Part shown: positions 43,622 to 53,300 of the stretch, piece by piece
Layout: each line of letters opens with the position of its first letter
Numbering within the stretch: position 1 is the stretch's first letter
Source: an uncultured Collinsella sp.
Lineage (GTDB): Bacteria > Actinomycetota > Coriobacteriia > Coriobacteriales > Coriobacteriaceae
Assembly: GCA_902494625.1 (NCBI GenBank)
Contig: CABUUB010000001.1
Coordinates: forward strand, 17,708 to 81,707
Reading direction: 5' to 3'
Length of the DNA stretch: 64,000 nt
Program-made: the position numbers and the translations under genes
Notes under the pieces: model-generated
What the model was told of the DNA's origin: nothing
Databases searched by the model: none
The model's input: only the letters and a program-made list of their open reading frames with translations

Positions 43622-44002
43622 ATGTCGGAAGCAACTAGGACTCGCACGCATGCGCCCGAGGTTAGGCAGCGCGCCGTCGAGATCCTCCAAGAGGGGGTCG
43701 GTCATCGCGCCCTCGCCGCGGAGCTTGGCATTCCCCAGGCCACGGCTCGTCAGTGGGCCCGCGCGTATGCCGTGGGCGGTGCCGACGCCGTTCTCAATGC
43801 CGGTTCGCATCATCACACCTATTCGTACGAAGTTAAGCTCGCCGTGGTCAAAGACCGCTTGGAAAACGGCTTAACGGTTCGCGAGGCCATGATCAAACAC
43901 AAGATTCCTAGCGAGTCTTCGGTCAAGGCTTGGTGCCGTCAGTACCGCGAGAGCGGTGAGTCCGCACTGGTCGATAAGCCGCGCGTTAAAAAGGCGGAAT
44001 AG
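43622..44002 (+). CDS. stand-alone helix-turn-helix protein resembling IS3-family transposase OrfA
   Basis: RQRAVEILQEGVGHRALAAELGIPQATARQWARAY plus a second HTH (LTVREAMIKHKIPSESSVKAWCRQY). No OrfB or DDE domain follows. AT-rich DNA lies upstream, and the gene has its own terminator. Confidence 0.6.
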   Translation: MSEATRTRTHAPEVRQRAVEILQEGVGHRALAAELGIPQATARQWARAYAVGGADAVLNAGSHHHTYSYEVKLAVVKDRLENGLTVREAMIKHKIPSESSVKAWCRQYRESGESALVDKPRVKKAE

Positions 44003-44014
44003 CAAACGGGATGG

Positions 44015-44040
44015 TGCGCCCACAGGGGCGCATTTTTCTT
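44015..44040 (+). terminator. intrinsic terminator
   Basis: TGCGCCC-acag-GGGCGCA followed by TTTTTCTT. Confidence 0.6.
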
Positions 44041-44287
44041 GCCGCGCCAACTTTTTGGACCGGCGCGAGCCTGTCGGGACATCCTCCAAAGTGGCCAATA
44101 AACCGCGCGCAGTGGCCCGCGCGCCTGTCGCTGCGATAGGGGAGCGTCGCCCCACTGCTCCAAAGCGGACGTGCCCTTGCCCCGTACGCCTAAAACTCCC
44201 CAGTTGGCCGAAAACCTGCCACCGCAACCCCGTAATTGAGCTATAACGTTAAACAATTGCAGCGTTTTTGCATGGGGGAGTGATGGT

Positions 44288-47170
44288 ATGACGCTACTGT
44301 ATTTCCTTACCCTGTTTCCGCTGGTACCTGCGCTGGGCATGCTGCTCGCGCGCGGTGACCGCGCCCGCGATGCGGTGGGGCTCATAGGCTCCGGCATTAT
44401 TATGGCGGTGACAGTTGTAGTCGCCGTCATGTTTTTTGGCACGGGTCCGCAGAGCTTTGAGGTTGCCCCCGGCACCTCGCATGTGCTCTCGATCATCAGT
44501 TCCGTTATCGACGTCATCCTGTGCGCCGTCATCCTGTACAACGCGTACAAATATAGGAACGCGCTCACCACGGTGCTCGGCGTAGTCCAGTTGGTGGGCT
44601 CGCTCGCCTTTGCAGCCATGACGCTGCCCGCGACCGAAGCCGTCACCGCAACCCCGCTCTACCTGGACTACATGAGCGTAATCATGGTCCTCGCCGTCGG
44701 CATCGTCGGCAGCCTAATCTGCGTGTATGCCCTGGGCTACATGAAGGACTTCCAGGCCCATGACGAGCACGAGGCTGCGCTGCGCGGGCAGACCGCGCCC
44801 GACCGTCGCCCGCAGTTCCTGGCGCTTATGTTTCTATTCCTCTCGGCCATGTTCGTCATCGTGACGAGTGACAACCTAGAGTGGCTGTTCTGCGGCTGGG
44901 AAATCACCACCGTGTGCTCGTTCCTCATGATTGGCTACACGCGCACGCCCGAGGCCATCAAGAACGCCTTTACCCAGATCATCCTCAACATGCTGGGAGG
45001 TATCGCGTTTTTGGCCGGACTCATGTACCTGCACGTTAACGGCATGTCGCTGACCATCTCGGGCATGATCGAGCTTTCCGGCGCTGACACCACGCAATCC
45101 GCGCTGCTGGTGATGCCGGTCATCCTGCTGTCGCTCGCCGCCCTTACCAAGGCCGCACAGATGCCGTTCCACACTTGGCTGCTGGGCGCCATGGTTGCCC
45201 CCACGCCCACGAGCGCCCTGCTGCACTCGTCAACCATGGTTAAAGCCGGCGTGTTCCTGATGGTCAAGCTCAGCCCGCTCTATGCCATCTATCCCGTGAC
45301 CGGCTTTATGGTTACGAGCGTGGGTGCCATCACGTTTTTGCTCGCCGCCCTCATGGCCATCTCGCAGAGCAACGCCAAGCGCGTGCTCGCATACTCCACC
45401 ATTTCCAACCTGGGCCTCATCAGTGCCTGCTTGGGTGTCGGCGCGCCCGAGGCTGTGTGGGCCGCTATCTTCCTGATCCTGTTCCATACGGTGGCAAAGT
45501 CGCTGCTGTTCCTGTGCGTGGGCACGGCCGAGCATCATATCGGCAGCCGCAATATCGAGGACATGGACGGTATGTTCAGCCGCATGCCGCACCTGACGCG
45601 CCTGATGATGCTGGGCATCATGGGCATGTTCGTGGCGCCGTTTGGCATGCTCGTGTCCAAGTGGGGCGCCCTGGTGGCGTTTGCGCAGACCGGCAACGTG
45701 CTCATGATCATGGTGCTTGCCTTTGGCTCGGCCGCGACGTTCTACTTCTGGGGCAAGTGGCTTGCCAAGCTTTCGGGCGTCGATCCCACGGCTCAAAACG
45801 TTGAGGTCAATGTCCATAAGACCGAATGGATGGCGCTCAACACCATCGCCGCGCTACTGATTCTGTGCTGCGTGGCGTTCCCGGTTATCTCGAGCGGCCT
45901 GGTGTCGCCTTACCTCGCCATGGTGTTTGGCCGCGTGCCGTACGTTATTGGCAAGGACGCCATGTATCTGATGGTGGTTATCGTGGCGTTTATCGCCGTG
46001 GTGCTGCTGACTTCATTCCGCGTGAGCAACAAGCCGCACGTCAACGTGTACCTTTCGGGTGTGGGAACCGACAAATATCGCCATTTCCGAGGCTCGATGG
46101 GACACGAGGTGAAGGCCGAAAAGCGCAATTGGTACTCGGAGGACGCCCTTGGCGAGAAGCGTATCGGCCCCGCGGGTAGCGTCGTGTGCTGCAGCATTAT
46201 CTTGTTTGCGCTGCTGTGCTGCGCATGGATTGGGCCCGAGAGGCTTGCCATGAGCGCGCCCTCGGTGCTGCGCGGCAAGTATTTCGAAGGTTCGGGCGTC
46301 GTGGGCATATTTATAGGCACCGCGGCGTTTGCCTTGATTGCGCCGCTTGTGGGCGGTTTGATTGACGGTCTTGACCGTAAGCTTTCGGCCCGCATGCAGG
46401 GCCGTGTGGGTCCGCGTCTGCTGCAGCCCTTCTACGACGTTGCCAAGCTGCTGCGCAAAGCCCCTGCCAGCGTAAACACCATGGATGATACCTACATGGC
46501 GTGCGCGCTCATCTTTACCGTCGTGGGCGGCGGCATCTTTGTGTCGGGCTCCAACACGCTGCTGTGTGCCTTTATGGTGACGCTCGCCGCGATCTTTGTG
46601 GTGTTGGCGTCCGCCTCGACGCAAAGCCCGTTTGCCCAGGTCGGCGCTGATCGTGAGTTGCTGCAGGTTATGAGTTACGAGCCCGCCGTTTTGCTGATGA
46701 GCGTGGGCCTGTACCTTGCCACCGACAGCTTCGATTCCATCGCCGTGACGGGGCAGTCGGCCCCCATCATCGTGTACAGCGCGCCCATTTTCCTCGCACT
46801 GCTCGCGGTGCTTACCATCAAGCTGCGCAAGTCGCCGTTTGACCTTTCGTATTCGCATCACGCGCATCAGGAGATCGTCCAGGGCGTCGCCACCGAGATG
46901 AGCGGCGGCACGCTGGCCAAGATGACCCTTATGCACTGGTGCGAGACCGTGCTCTTCTTGATGTGGGTGGGCATGTTCTTTGTTTGGGACAACCCCGTGA
47001 GCTGGGTGGTCGCCCTGGTCGTGATGGCTGCGACGTACTTTGTCGAGGTGCTTATCGACAACACCTTTGCCCGCAGCACCTGGCGCAGCTGCTTTAAGCT
47101 CGGATGGGGCGTGGCGCTGGTGTTTGGCCTGCTCAACCTTATGCCCATCCTCGTCGACGTGTTTATTTAG
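44288..47170 (+). CDS. echAB: Ech-type hydrogenase membrane subunit, fusion of an EchA-like (NuoL/antiporter) and an EchB-like (NuoH/HycD) module
   Basis: 960 aa. Residues ~130-430 carry the proton-antiporter signature (WEITTVCSFLMIGY, AAQMPFHTWLLGAM, LLHSSTMVKAG, AYSTISNLG). Residues ~680-960 carry the NuoH/HycD signature (GLIDGLDRKLSARMQGRVGPRLLQPFYD). Confidence 0.8.
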   Translation: MTLLYFLTLFPLVPALGMLLARGDRARDAVGLIGSGIIMAVTVVVAVMFFGTGPQSFEVAPGTSHVLSIISSVIDVILCAVILYNAYKYRNALTTVLGVVQLVGSLAFAAMTLPATEAVTATPLYLDYMSVIMVLAVGIVGSLICVYALGYMKDFQAHDEHEAALRGQTAPDRRPQFLALMFLFLSAMFVIVTSDNLEWLFCGWEITTVCSFLMIGYTRTPEAIKNAFTQIILNMLGGIAFLAGLMYLHVNGMSLTISGMIELSGADTTQSALLVMPVILLSLAALTKAAQMPFHTWLLGAMVAPTPTSALLHSSTMVKAGVFLMVKLSPLYAIYPVTGFMVTSVGAITFLLAALMAISQSNAKRVLAYSTISNLGLISACLGVGAPEAVWAAIFLILFHTVAKSLLFLCVGTAEHHIGSRNIEDMDGMFSRMPHLTRLMMLGIMGMFVAPFGMLVSKWGALVAFAQTGNVLMIMVLAFGSAATFYFWGKWLAKLSGVDPTAQNVEVNVHKTEWMALNTIAALLILCCVAFPVISSGLVSPYLAMVFGRVPYVIGKDAMYLMVVIVAFIAVVLLTSFRVSNKPHVNVYLSGVGTDKYRHFRGSMGHEVKAEKRNWYSEDALGEKRIGPAGSVVCCSIILFALLCCAWIGPERLAMSAPSVLRGKYFEGSGVVGIFIGTAAFALIAPLVGGLIDGLDRKLSARMQGRVGPRLLQPFYDVAKLLRKAPASVNTMDDTYMACALIFTVVGGGIFVSGSNTLLCAFMVTLAAIFVVLASASTQSPFAQVGADRELLQVMSYEPAVLLMSVGLYLATDSFDSIAVTGQSAPIIVYSAPIFLALLAVLTIKLRKSPFDLSYSHHAHQEIVQGVATEMSGGTLAKMTLMHWCETVLFLMWVGMFFVWDNPVSWVVALVVMAATYFVEVLIDNTFARSTWRSCFKLGWGVALVFGLLNLMPILVDVFI

Positions 47171-47182
47171 GAGGCGGCATCC

Positions 47183-47737
47183 ATGGATCATAAAATGTCG
47201 CGCTCGCCGTGGGTTATTCATTACGACGGCTCGAGCTGCAACGGATGCGATATCGAGGTGCTGGCCTCGCTCACGCCGCTGTTCGATGCGGAGCGCTTTG
47301 GCGTGGTCAACACTGGCAACCCCAAGCACGCGGATATCTTTTTGGTGACGGGGTCGGTCAATGCCCAGAACCTGCCTGTCGTGCGCCAGATCTACAACCA
47401 GATGCTCGAGCCCAAGTGCGTGGTGGCGTGCGGCATCTGCGCGTGTTCGGGCGGCGTGTTCCGCGATGCCTATAACGTGATCGGCGGCGTGGACCGCGCG
47501 ATTCCCGTGGACGTGTACGCGCCCGGGTGCGCCATTCGCCCCGAGACGGTGATCGATGCCATCGTGGAGGCGTGCGGCATCCTGGACCAGAAGGAGGCCG
47601 TGATGCGCGCCGGCGGCGACCCGCTTACCGTGGGAGGTGCCGCTACTTGGGACGGTGGCGTTGAGCTGGGCGAGGACGGGTTTGTGGCTGCTGCGGAGGC
47701 CGGCGACGCGACCGCCGCTGCAAAGGAGGCCGAGTAA
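47183..47737 (+). CDS. echC: Ech hydrogenase small subunit (NuoB-like, [4Fe-4S])
   Basis: GSSCNGCDIE...DIFLVTG...ACGICACSGG...PGCAIRPE are the NuoB/HycG cysteine pattern. Confidence 0.85.
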   Translation: MDHKMSRSPWVIHYDGSSCNGCDIEVLASLTPLFDAERFGVVNTGNPKHADIFLVTGSVNAQNLPVVRQIYNQMLEPKCVVACGICACSGGVFRDAYNVIGGVDRAIPVDVYAPGCAIRPETVIDAIVEACGILDQKEAVMRAGGDPLTVGGAATWDGGVELGEDGFVAAAEAGDATAAAKEAE

Positions 47738-48453
47738 TGCAAAAGGCTATCTATACCACCGTCGGGATCGAGGAGCTCCTGTCGCATGTCCAGGCGCTTA
47801 AGGGCGTCGGCGCGCGCTTTGTGCAAATGCACGCCGAGCGCAACGTCGACGACGGCTCGTATCGCTTGGTCTATACGTTTATCAACGTTCGTGCTGCTCA
47901 GGAGCAGATTGCGCAGGACGGCAGCTATGCGATCGAGAACCTGGTGGTTGAGGGCATCGACCAGTACCAGGAGATTCCGTCCATCAGCTCGTATTACCCC
48001 GCGGTGTTCCCGTTTGAAAATGAGGCCCACGACCTGTTTGGCCTTGCCATCACCGACATGCAGATCGACTTTAAGGGCTTTTTCTACCAGGTTTCGACTG
48101 CCGAGCCCATGAGCGTTATCACGCCCGAGGTGAAGGCCGCGCGCGAGAAGGCCATGAAGGTCCGTGCCGCCGCCGAAGCCAAGGCGCGCAAGGCCGCTGC
48201 CGAAAAGGCCGCCGCGGCTGCGGCTGCTGCAGGGGAGGGCGCTGCGAGCGCCGGCGATGCCGCGGGCGCCGCTGCTCAGCCCGCTGCGGCTGCCGGCTCC
48301 GATGCTCAGCACGATGAGGCTGCTGCGAAGGCCGCGCTCAAGGCTGCCGAGATGGAGGCAAAGCTCGCTGCCATGGATCCCGAGAAAGCAGCCAAGGTCC
48401 GCGCGGCGCTTGCCGCCAAGGCCGCCCGCGACAAGCAGAAAAAGGAGGCGTAA
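47737..48453 (+). CDS. echD: Ech hydrogenase NuoC-like subunit with an Ala/Lys-rich C-terminal tail
   Basis: NuoC-type core (IPSISSYYPAVFPFENEAHDLFG) followed by ~110 aa of low-complexity A/K/E sequence. Confidence 0.7.
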   Translation: MQKAIYTTVGIEELLSHVQALKGVGARFVQMHAERNVDDGSYRLVYTFINVRAAQEQIAQDGSYAIENLVVEGIDQYQEIPSISSYYPAVFPFENEAHDLFGLAITDMQIDFKGFFYQVSTAEPMSVITPEVKAAREKAMKVRAAAEAKARKAAAEKAAAAAAAAGEGAASAGDAAGAAAQPAAAAGSDAQHDEAAAKAALKAAEMEAKLAAMDPEKAAKVRAALAAKAARDKQKKEA

Positions 48454-48458
48454 GGCCC

Positions 48459-49547
48459 ATGGCACATCGCTCCGTCATCCCGTTTGGCCCGCAGCACCCG
48501 GTGCTGCCCGAGCCGCTTCATCTAGACCTGGTAATCGAGGACGACCGCGTCATCGAGGCAATTCCGCAGATCGGTTTTGTGCACCGCGGGCTCGAGAAGC
48601 TCACCGAAAAGCGTGACATGCATCAGTTTGGCTACATCGCCGAGCGCATCTGCGGTATTTGCGCCGTGGGTCACAGCTGCGGCTATGCCAGCGCCTGCGA
48701 GCGCATGCTCGACATCGAGGCGCCCGGCCGCGTGCAGTATATCCGCACCATTTTGCACGAGCTTTCGCGCATTCACTCGCACCTGCTGTGGCTGGGCCTG
48801 CTCGCCGATGCCTTTGGTTTTGAGGCGCTGTTCTATCGGTCGTGGACCCTGCGCGAGCAGATTCTCAAGATCTTCGAGAGCACCTGCGGCGGCCGCGTGA
48901 TCCTTTCGATTAACGAGATCGGCGGCCTTAAGCACGACATCGAGGACTCCGAGCTGGCGGGCATTGTCCAGACGCTCGACGCCATGCGTCCCGACTACGA
49001 GGCCCTGTTGCATACGTTTTTGGACGACAATAGCTGCGGCGAGCGCCTGCACGGTGTAGGCGTGATCAGCAAGAAGGACGCGCTGGAGCTTTCGATGGTC
49101 GGCCCGTTCGGTCGCGCCTCGGGCGTGGACTACGACGTGCGCATGTTCGGTGACGGCGCCTATGCGGATCTGGCTGCGTTTGAGCCGATCGTGGCTACCG
49201 ACGGCGACTGCTATGCCCGCTGCCAGGTGCGTTGTGCCGAGGTCACGCAGGCCATGGACATTATCAAGGAGCTTGTCGGCAAGATTCCGCACGACGGCAT
49301 CGGCGGGCGTACCAAGCTCACACCGGCCGACGGCGCGCGCGGCGAGGTTGTGATTGAGCAGCCGCGCGGCGAGGCGTATTACTATGTGCGCGGCAACGGC
49401 ACCAAGAACCTGGACCGTTTCCGCGTGCGCACGCCGACGTCGCAGAACTTGGCGGGTCTGACGCATGCGCTGCAGGGCGTACTCCTTGCCAGCGTTCCCA
49501 TGATTATCCTGACCATTGACCCCTGCATTAGCTGCACGGAAAGGTAG
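48459..49547 (+). CDS. echE: group 4 [NiFe]-hydrogenase large subunit (NuoD-like)
   Basis: The N-terminal NiFe motif RICGICAVGH and the C-terminal DPCISCTER are both present. The protein ends right after the second motif, so there is no cleavable extension. Confidence 0.9.
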   Translation: MAHRSVIPFGPQHPVLPEPLHLDLVIEDDRVIEAIPQIGFVHRGLEKLTEKRDMHQFGYIAERICGICAVGHSCGYASACERMLDIEAPGRVQYIRTILHELSRIHSHLLWLGLLADAFGFEALFYRSWTLREQILKIFESTCGGRVILSINEIGGLKHDIEDSELAGIVQTLDAMRPDYEALLHTFLDDNSCGERLHGVGVISKKDALELSMVGPFGRASGVDYDVRMFGDGAYADLAAFEPIVATDGDCYARCQVRCAEVTQAMDIIKELVGKIPHDGIGGRTKLTPADGARGEVVIEQPRGEAYYYVRGNGTKNLDRFRVRTPTSQNLAGLTHALQGVLLASVPMIILTIDPCISCTER

Positions 49548-49554
49548 GCGCGGC

Positions 49555-49896
49555 ATGAGTTTGCTGACATTTGCCAAGACGGCCTTGGGTTCTATGGTCA
49601 AGCAGCCGGTAACGGTGTGCTATCCGCATGAGAGGCTCGCGGCGCCCGAGCGCCTGCGCGGGCATATCGTCAACGACATGGACGTGTGTATCTGCTGCGG
49701 CATGTGTGCGCGTCGCTGTCCGGCGGGCGCGCTCGCAGTCGATCGCAAGGGTGGAACGTGGTCGATCGACCCGTATGCCTGCGTGGTGTGCGGTGAGTGC
49801 ATCGAGAGCTGCCCCAAGCACTGCCTGAGCATGGACACCGCCCGTACTCCAGTTGCGGCGGATAAGACTCCCACGGTAGAAACCAAGCTGGAATAG
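49555..49896 (+). CDS. echF: Ech hydrogenase 2x[4Fe-4S] ferredoxin subunit (NuoI/HycF-like)
   Basis: CICCGMCARRCP and CVVCGECIESCP motifs. Confidence 0.85.
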   Translation: MSLLTFAKTALGSMVKQPVTVCYPHERLAAPERLRGHIVNDMDVCICCGMCARRCPAGALAVDRKGGTWSIDPYACVVCGECIESCPKHCLSMDTARTPVAADKTPTVETKLE

Positions 49897-49906
49897 CGCT
49901 GGAACA

Positions 49907-49940
49907 GGGGCCGGTGGGGCAAAAATGCCCCACCGGCCCC
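49907..49940 (+). terminator. GC-rich hairpin after echF
   Basis: GGGGCCGGTGGGGC-aaaaat-GCCCCACCGGCCCC. No T-tract follows. A second, U-tailed hairpin lies at 50040-50066 inside element E1. Confidence 0.45.
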
Positions 49941-49971
49941 GCGCGTGAACGCGCGGTTGGGCTGCCACGAA

Positions 49972-50125
49972 CAAAACTATGCCGGATTACGGGGCTGGAT
50001 AGCGAACCTCCCACCATGCAGAAAAACGCAAAAACAAAACCGCAGGTAGATAGCCTGCCGTTTTTCAAAAAAAGGCTGTATGGATGAGGACTCCGACTTT
50101 AGCCCCGTAATCCGGCATAGTTTTG
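49972..50125. mobile_element. 154-bp MITE-like element E1 (25-bp perfect terminal inverted repeats, internal terminator-like hairpin)
   Basis: TIRs caaaactatgccggattacggggct / agccccgtaatccggcatagttttg. The core is aaaaCCGCAGGtagatagCCTGCCGttttt. Confidence 0.5.
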
Positions 50126-50233
50126 AAATGACATCATATTCGTAACAGCCCTTGATCTCCCATGGACGGAGGAAAACGGGCCCTTTTGTCCCGTCGATCT
50201 TGAGTCGCATCCGTTTTCCTGCGAAAACCCTCG

Positions 50234-50313
50234 TGTCTCAACTATGGTGAGACATTTGTCTCATGCCCAAAATCGAATCTGGAACATGTGTCACCTGCTC
50301 AAATTGTGTCTCA
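50234..50313. promoter_or_regulatory. cluster of TGTCTCA boxes upstream of the adhesin gene
   Basis: TGTCTCA at 50234, its complement TGAGACA at 50248, TGTCTCA at 50257, TGTGTCA at 50287 and TGTCTCA at 50307, all 50-130 nt upstream of the ATG. Confidence 0.4.
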
Positions 50314-50365
50314 TTCCGTAACTTTAGGCTGATGCTAGGTCTGAGCCTGCGAGAAGGGAGACGCG

Positions 50366-53300
50366 ATGGGTAAGTACACGAGGGGTCTCTTGGCGGTGAT
50401 ACTGGCCGTAGTGCTGGTATTGCCGGCTGCAGCATTTGCCATGCTGCCCGAGGCCAACGCCAGGTCCAGCACAGGAATGGACGGACCGGAAGCGACAAAG
50501 ATAGTCGACCACGACACCAGCAACCATTGGAAGTTCTGGGCGGGCGGCTATGACGGCAGCAAGGTCACGACGCAAAACGTCGGCCGAATTTGGACGGATA
50601 AGACGGTCCAAGCAATCGATGACGGGAAATCGGACTTTTTGACTACGCTTTCGGCGATGTCTTCGACATCCGATACGACGTCGCTGGTTTCCAAGCCGCT
50701 CGACATCGTGATGGTGCTCGATGCCTCTGGCTCAATGGATGATCCTATGGGTGGTAAAGGGTCCCCTAAGCGTATCGTTGCGCTCAAGAATGCTGCCAAC
50801 CACTTTATCGACACCATTGCCGAGCAAAACAAGAACGTTAAGGACGCGAGCAAGCAGCACCAGGTTGCCATCGTAAAGTTTGCGGGCAAGAAGAGCGATA
50901 AGGTTGGTAATGATACCTATCGCGACGACGGCAACACCTACAACTACTCCCAGACCATGTTGGGCCTCACGGTCTGCAAGGATGGGGGCGCAAAGAGCCT
51001 CAAGAACACGGTTAATTTAATCGAGCCTGCTGGCTCTACTCGTGCCGACTATGGCATGGACCTGGCCAAGGGCATCGCTGGTCGTGAAGACGCCCAGAAG
51101 ATCGTTGTGTTCTTCACCGATGGCTCTCCTACGAGTTCTAATGGTTTTGAGGCCGAGGTTGCTAAGGATGCCATCAATATCGCCAAGACCATAAAGAGTG
51201 GCGGGGCGACCATTTATACCATCGGTATCTTCAACGGTGCGAAGCCGGGCGACGATCCAACAAGCAGCCGCACGAGCAACGAGAATAAATTCATGCATGC
51301 CGTGTCGAGTAACTATCCGGATGCCACATCGTCCGTAAGCCATGGCTTTTTTGGAACTGAGGAGTGGAATGTCAATTTCGGCAACCCCGTTGCCGGTGCT
51401 AGCTACTACAAGTCGGCGACCAACGCCGCCGAGCTTGATCAGGTCTTTAAGGACATCTCGAGTGCCATTACGTCGGGCAAGGGTTTCCCGACCAAGGTCG
51501 AGGGCAACAATCCCAACGGTTCCGGCTACATCACATTCGAGGACGAGCTGGGCGCCTTTATGCAGGTCGATAGCTTTACCGGTGCCGAGTACAACGGCAA
51601 GACCTATGGGGCCGCCACCAAGTTGACCGATGGCAATATCGATACCTATACGTTTGATGGCGAGCTCGCGCATCTTGTAATTACGGTTGATCGCGCGGAC
51701 GAGAACAATCCGCAGCGCGGCGACATCGTGACGGTCAAGGTCCCCGCATCGCTCATTCCGCTGCGCCGTTTTACCGTTGACGAGTCTGCGGGCACGTTTG
51801 TGGTTGACTCCACGGATGCCATCTCGCCTATCCGCGTTGCGTATGCATCGAGCGTAAAGGCTATTGCACGCAAAAACCTGTTTACTCCCAATAACGTACC
51901 GGGACTGCAGGATTACATCAATGAGCACAAGGACGCCGATTCCAATACCGTTAGCTTCTACGCCAACAAGTGGACCGGCGACGACGTGGGCGATACGGTC
52001 GCGAGCTTTGAGCCTGCTGCCACGAACAGCTACTACTACTTCCAAAAGCTAACGCCCGTCTATACGGATGCGGCTTGCACCAAGCTTGCAACGGAAAAGC
52101 CTTCGGGCTCTAAGACCTATTGGTACAAAGATGAGTTTATGGCGCAGAACTCGTCGGGCGCGCCGTACGATGATTCCGTTTCGATCCCGGTTAAGGGAAG
52201 CGAGCTCGAGAGCTTTGAAGGCGCTTTGGTAAAGGACGGCGATCACTGGTCGATTAAGGCTGGTACTGCGCGCCTCGCCTATATTAATCAGCTCCACACC
52301 ACCAAGGAGCGTGTGGGCGGAAACCCGACGGACACCGCACGCGACGTGATCAATCCCCAGTGGAACAACACGAAGGTTGTTTCTGGTGCGACGAAGGTCA
52401 ATGTCTACCTGGGCAATAACGGCAAGATTAGCTTTACGCTCAATACCACGCCGACAACGTTGACAACTGCCGACTTTGGCCTGACCAAGGTGCTCGAGGG
52501 CCGCGACTGGACGGATGAGGACAAGTTTGAGTTTGGCCTGACGTCCGAGGACAACGCCCCGATGCCCAGGTCCACGACTGCGTTTGCAACCAAGGGCCAT
52601 GCGGACATTAGCTTTGGCGAGATTGCCTATGACAAGCCGGGCACGTATGTCTACAAGGTTAGCGAGAAGCATGCCGGGACCACGGTCGACGGCATCGCCT
52701 ACAGCAAGAACGTTGCAGAGTTCACCGTAACGGTGACACCCAACGCAAAGGGAAAGCTCGAGGCTTCTGTGAAGAAGACCTCGGGCGAGGTCGAGTTCAA
52801 GAACACCTATACCGCCAATCCCGCTGAGTCGAGCGTCACCGATCAGATTACAGTTACCAAGGTCCTGACCGGCCATAAGCTCCAGGACAATGAGTTCTCC
52901 TTTGAGCTCGTTGAGGGTGAGGGCGAGGACGCGTCGGTTGTCGAAACCGTTAAGAATGATGCCAACGGCAACGTTGCGTTCAGCGCCATCAAGTACACCG
53001 AGATCGGTCAGCACATCTATACGCTGCGCGAGGTCAAGGGCAATGCCGGCGGCATCGCCTACGACAAAACCGTCTATACCGTCGTGACGACCATCGCCGA
53101 CAATGGCAAGGGCCAGCTTGTGGCCACGCATAAGCTGAAGGGCGCCGAGGACGTCAAGAAGATTGAGTTCAAGAACTCCTACACCGTGACGCCCAAGAGC
53201 TCCAGCGTCACCGACCAGATCACCGCGACCAAGTCCCTGACCGGGCGCAAGCTTGCCGCCGGCGAGTTCTCCTTCGAGCTCGTCGAGGGCGACAAGGTCG

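Noticed and set aside
43622-44002. Intact IS3-family insertion sequence
   Set aside because: Only an OrfA-like HTH gene is present. It is followed by a terminator rather than a slippery site and OrfB. I could not find flanking inverted repeats or a DDE-domain ORF.
49972-50125. E1/E2/E3 as integron attC sites, or as small structured RNA genes of a known class
   Set aside because: No intI integrase or cassette array is present. I could not see the GTTRRRY core sites. No match to any RNA family I can recall (tRNA-like, 6S, SRP, tmRNA). They are kept as MITE-like repeats of unknown nature.
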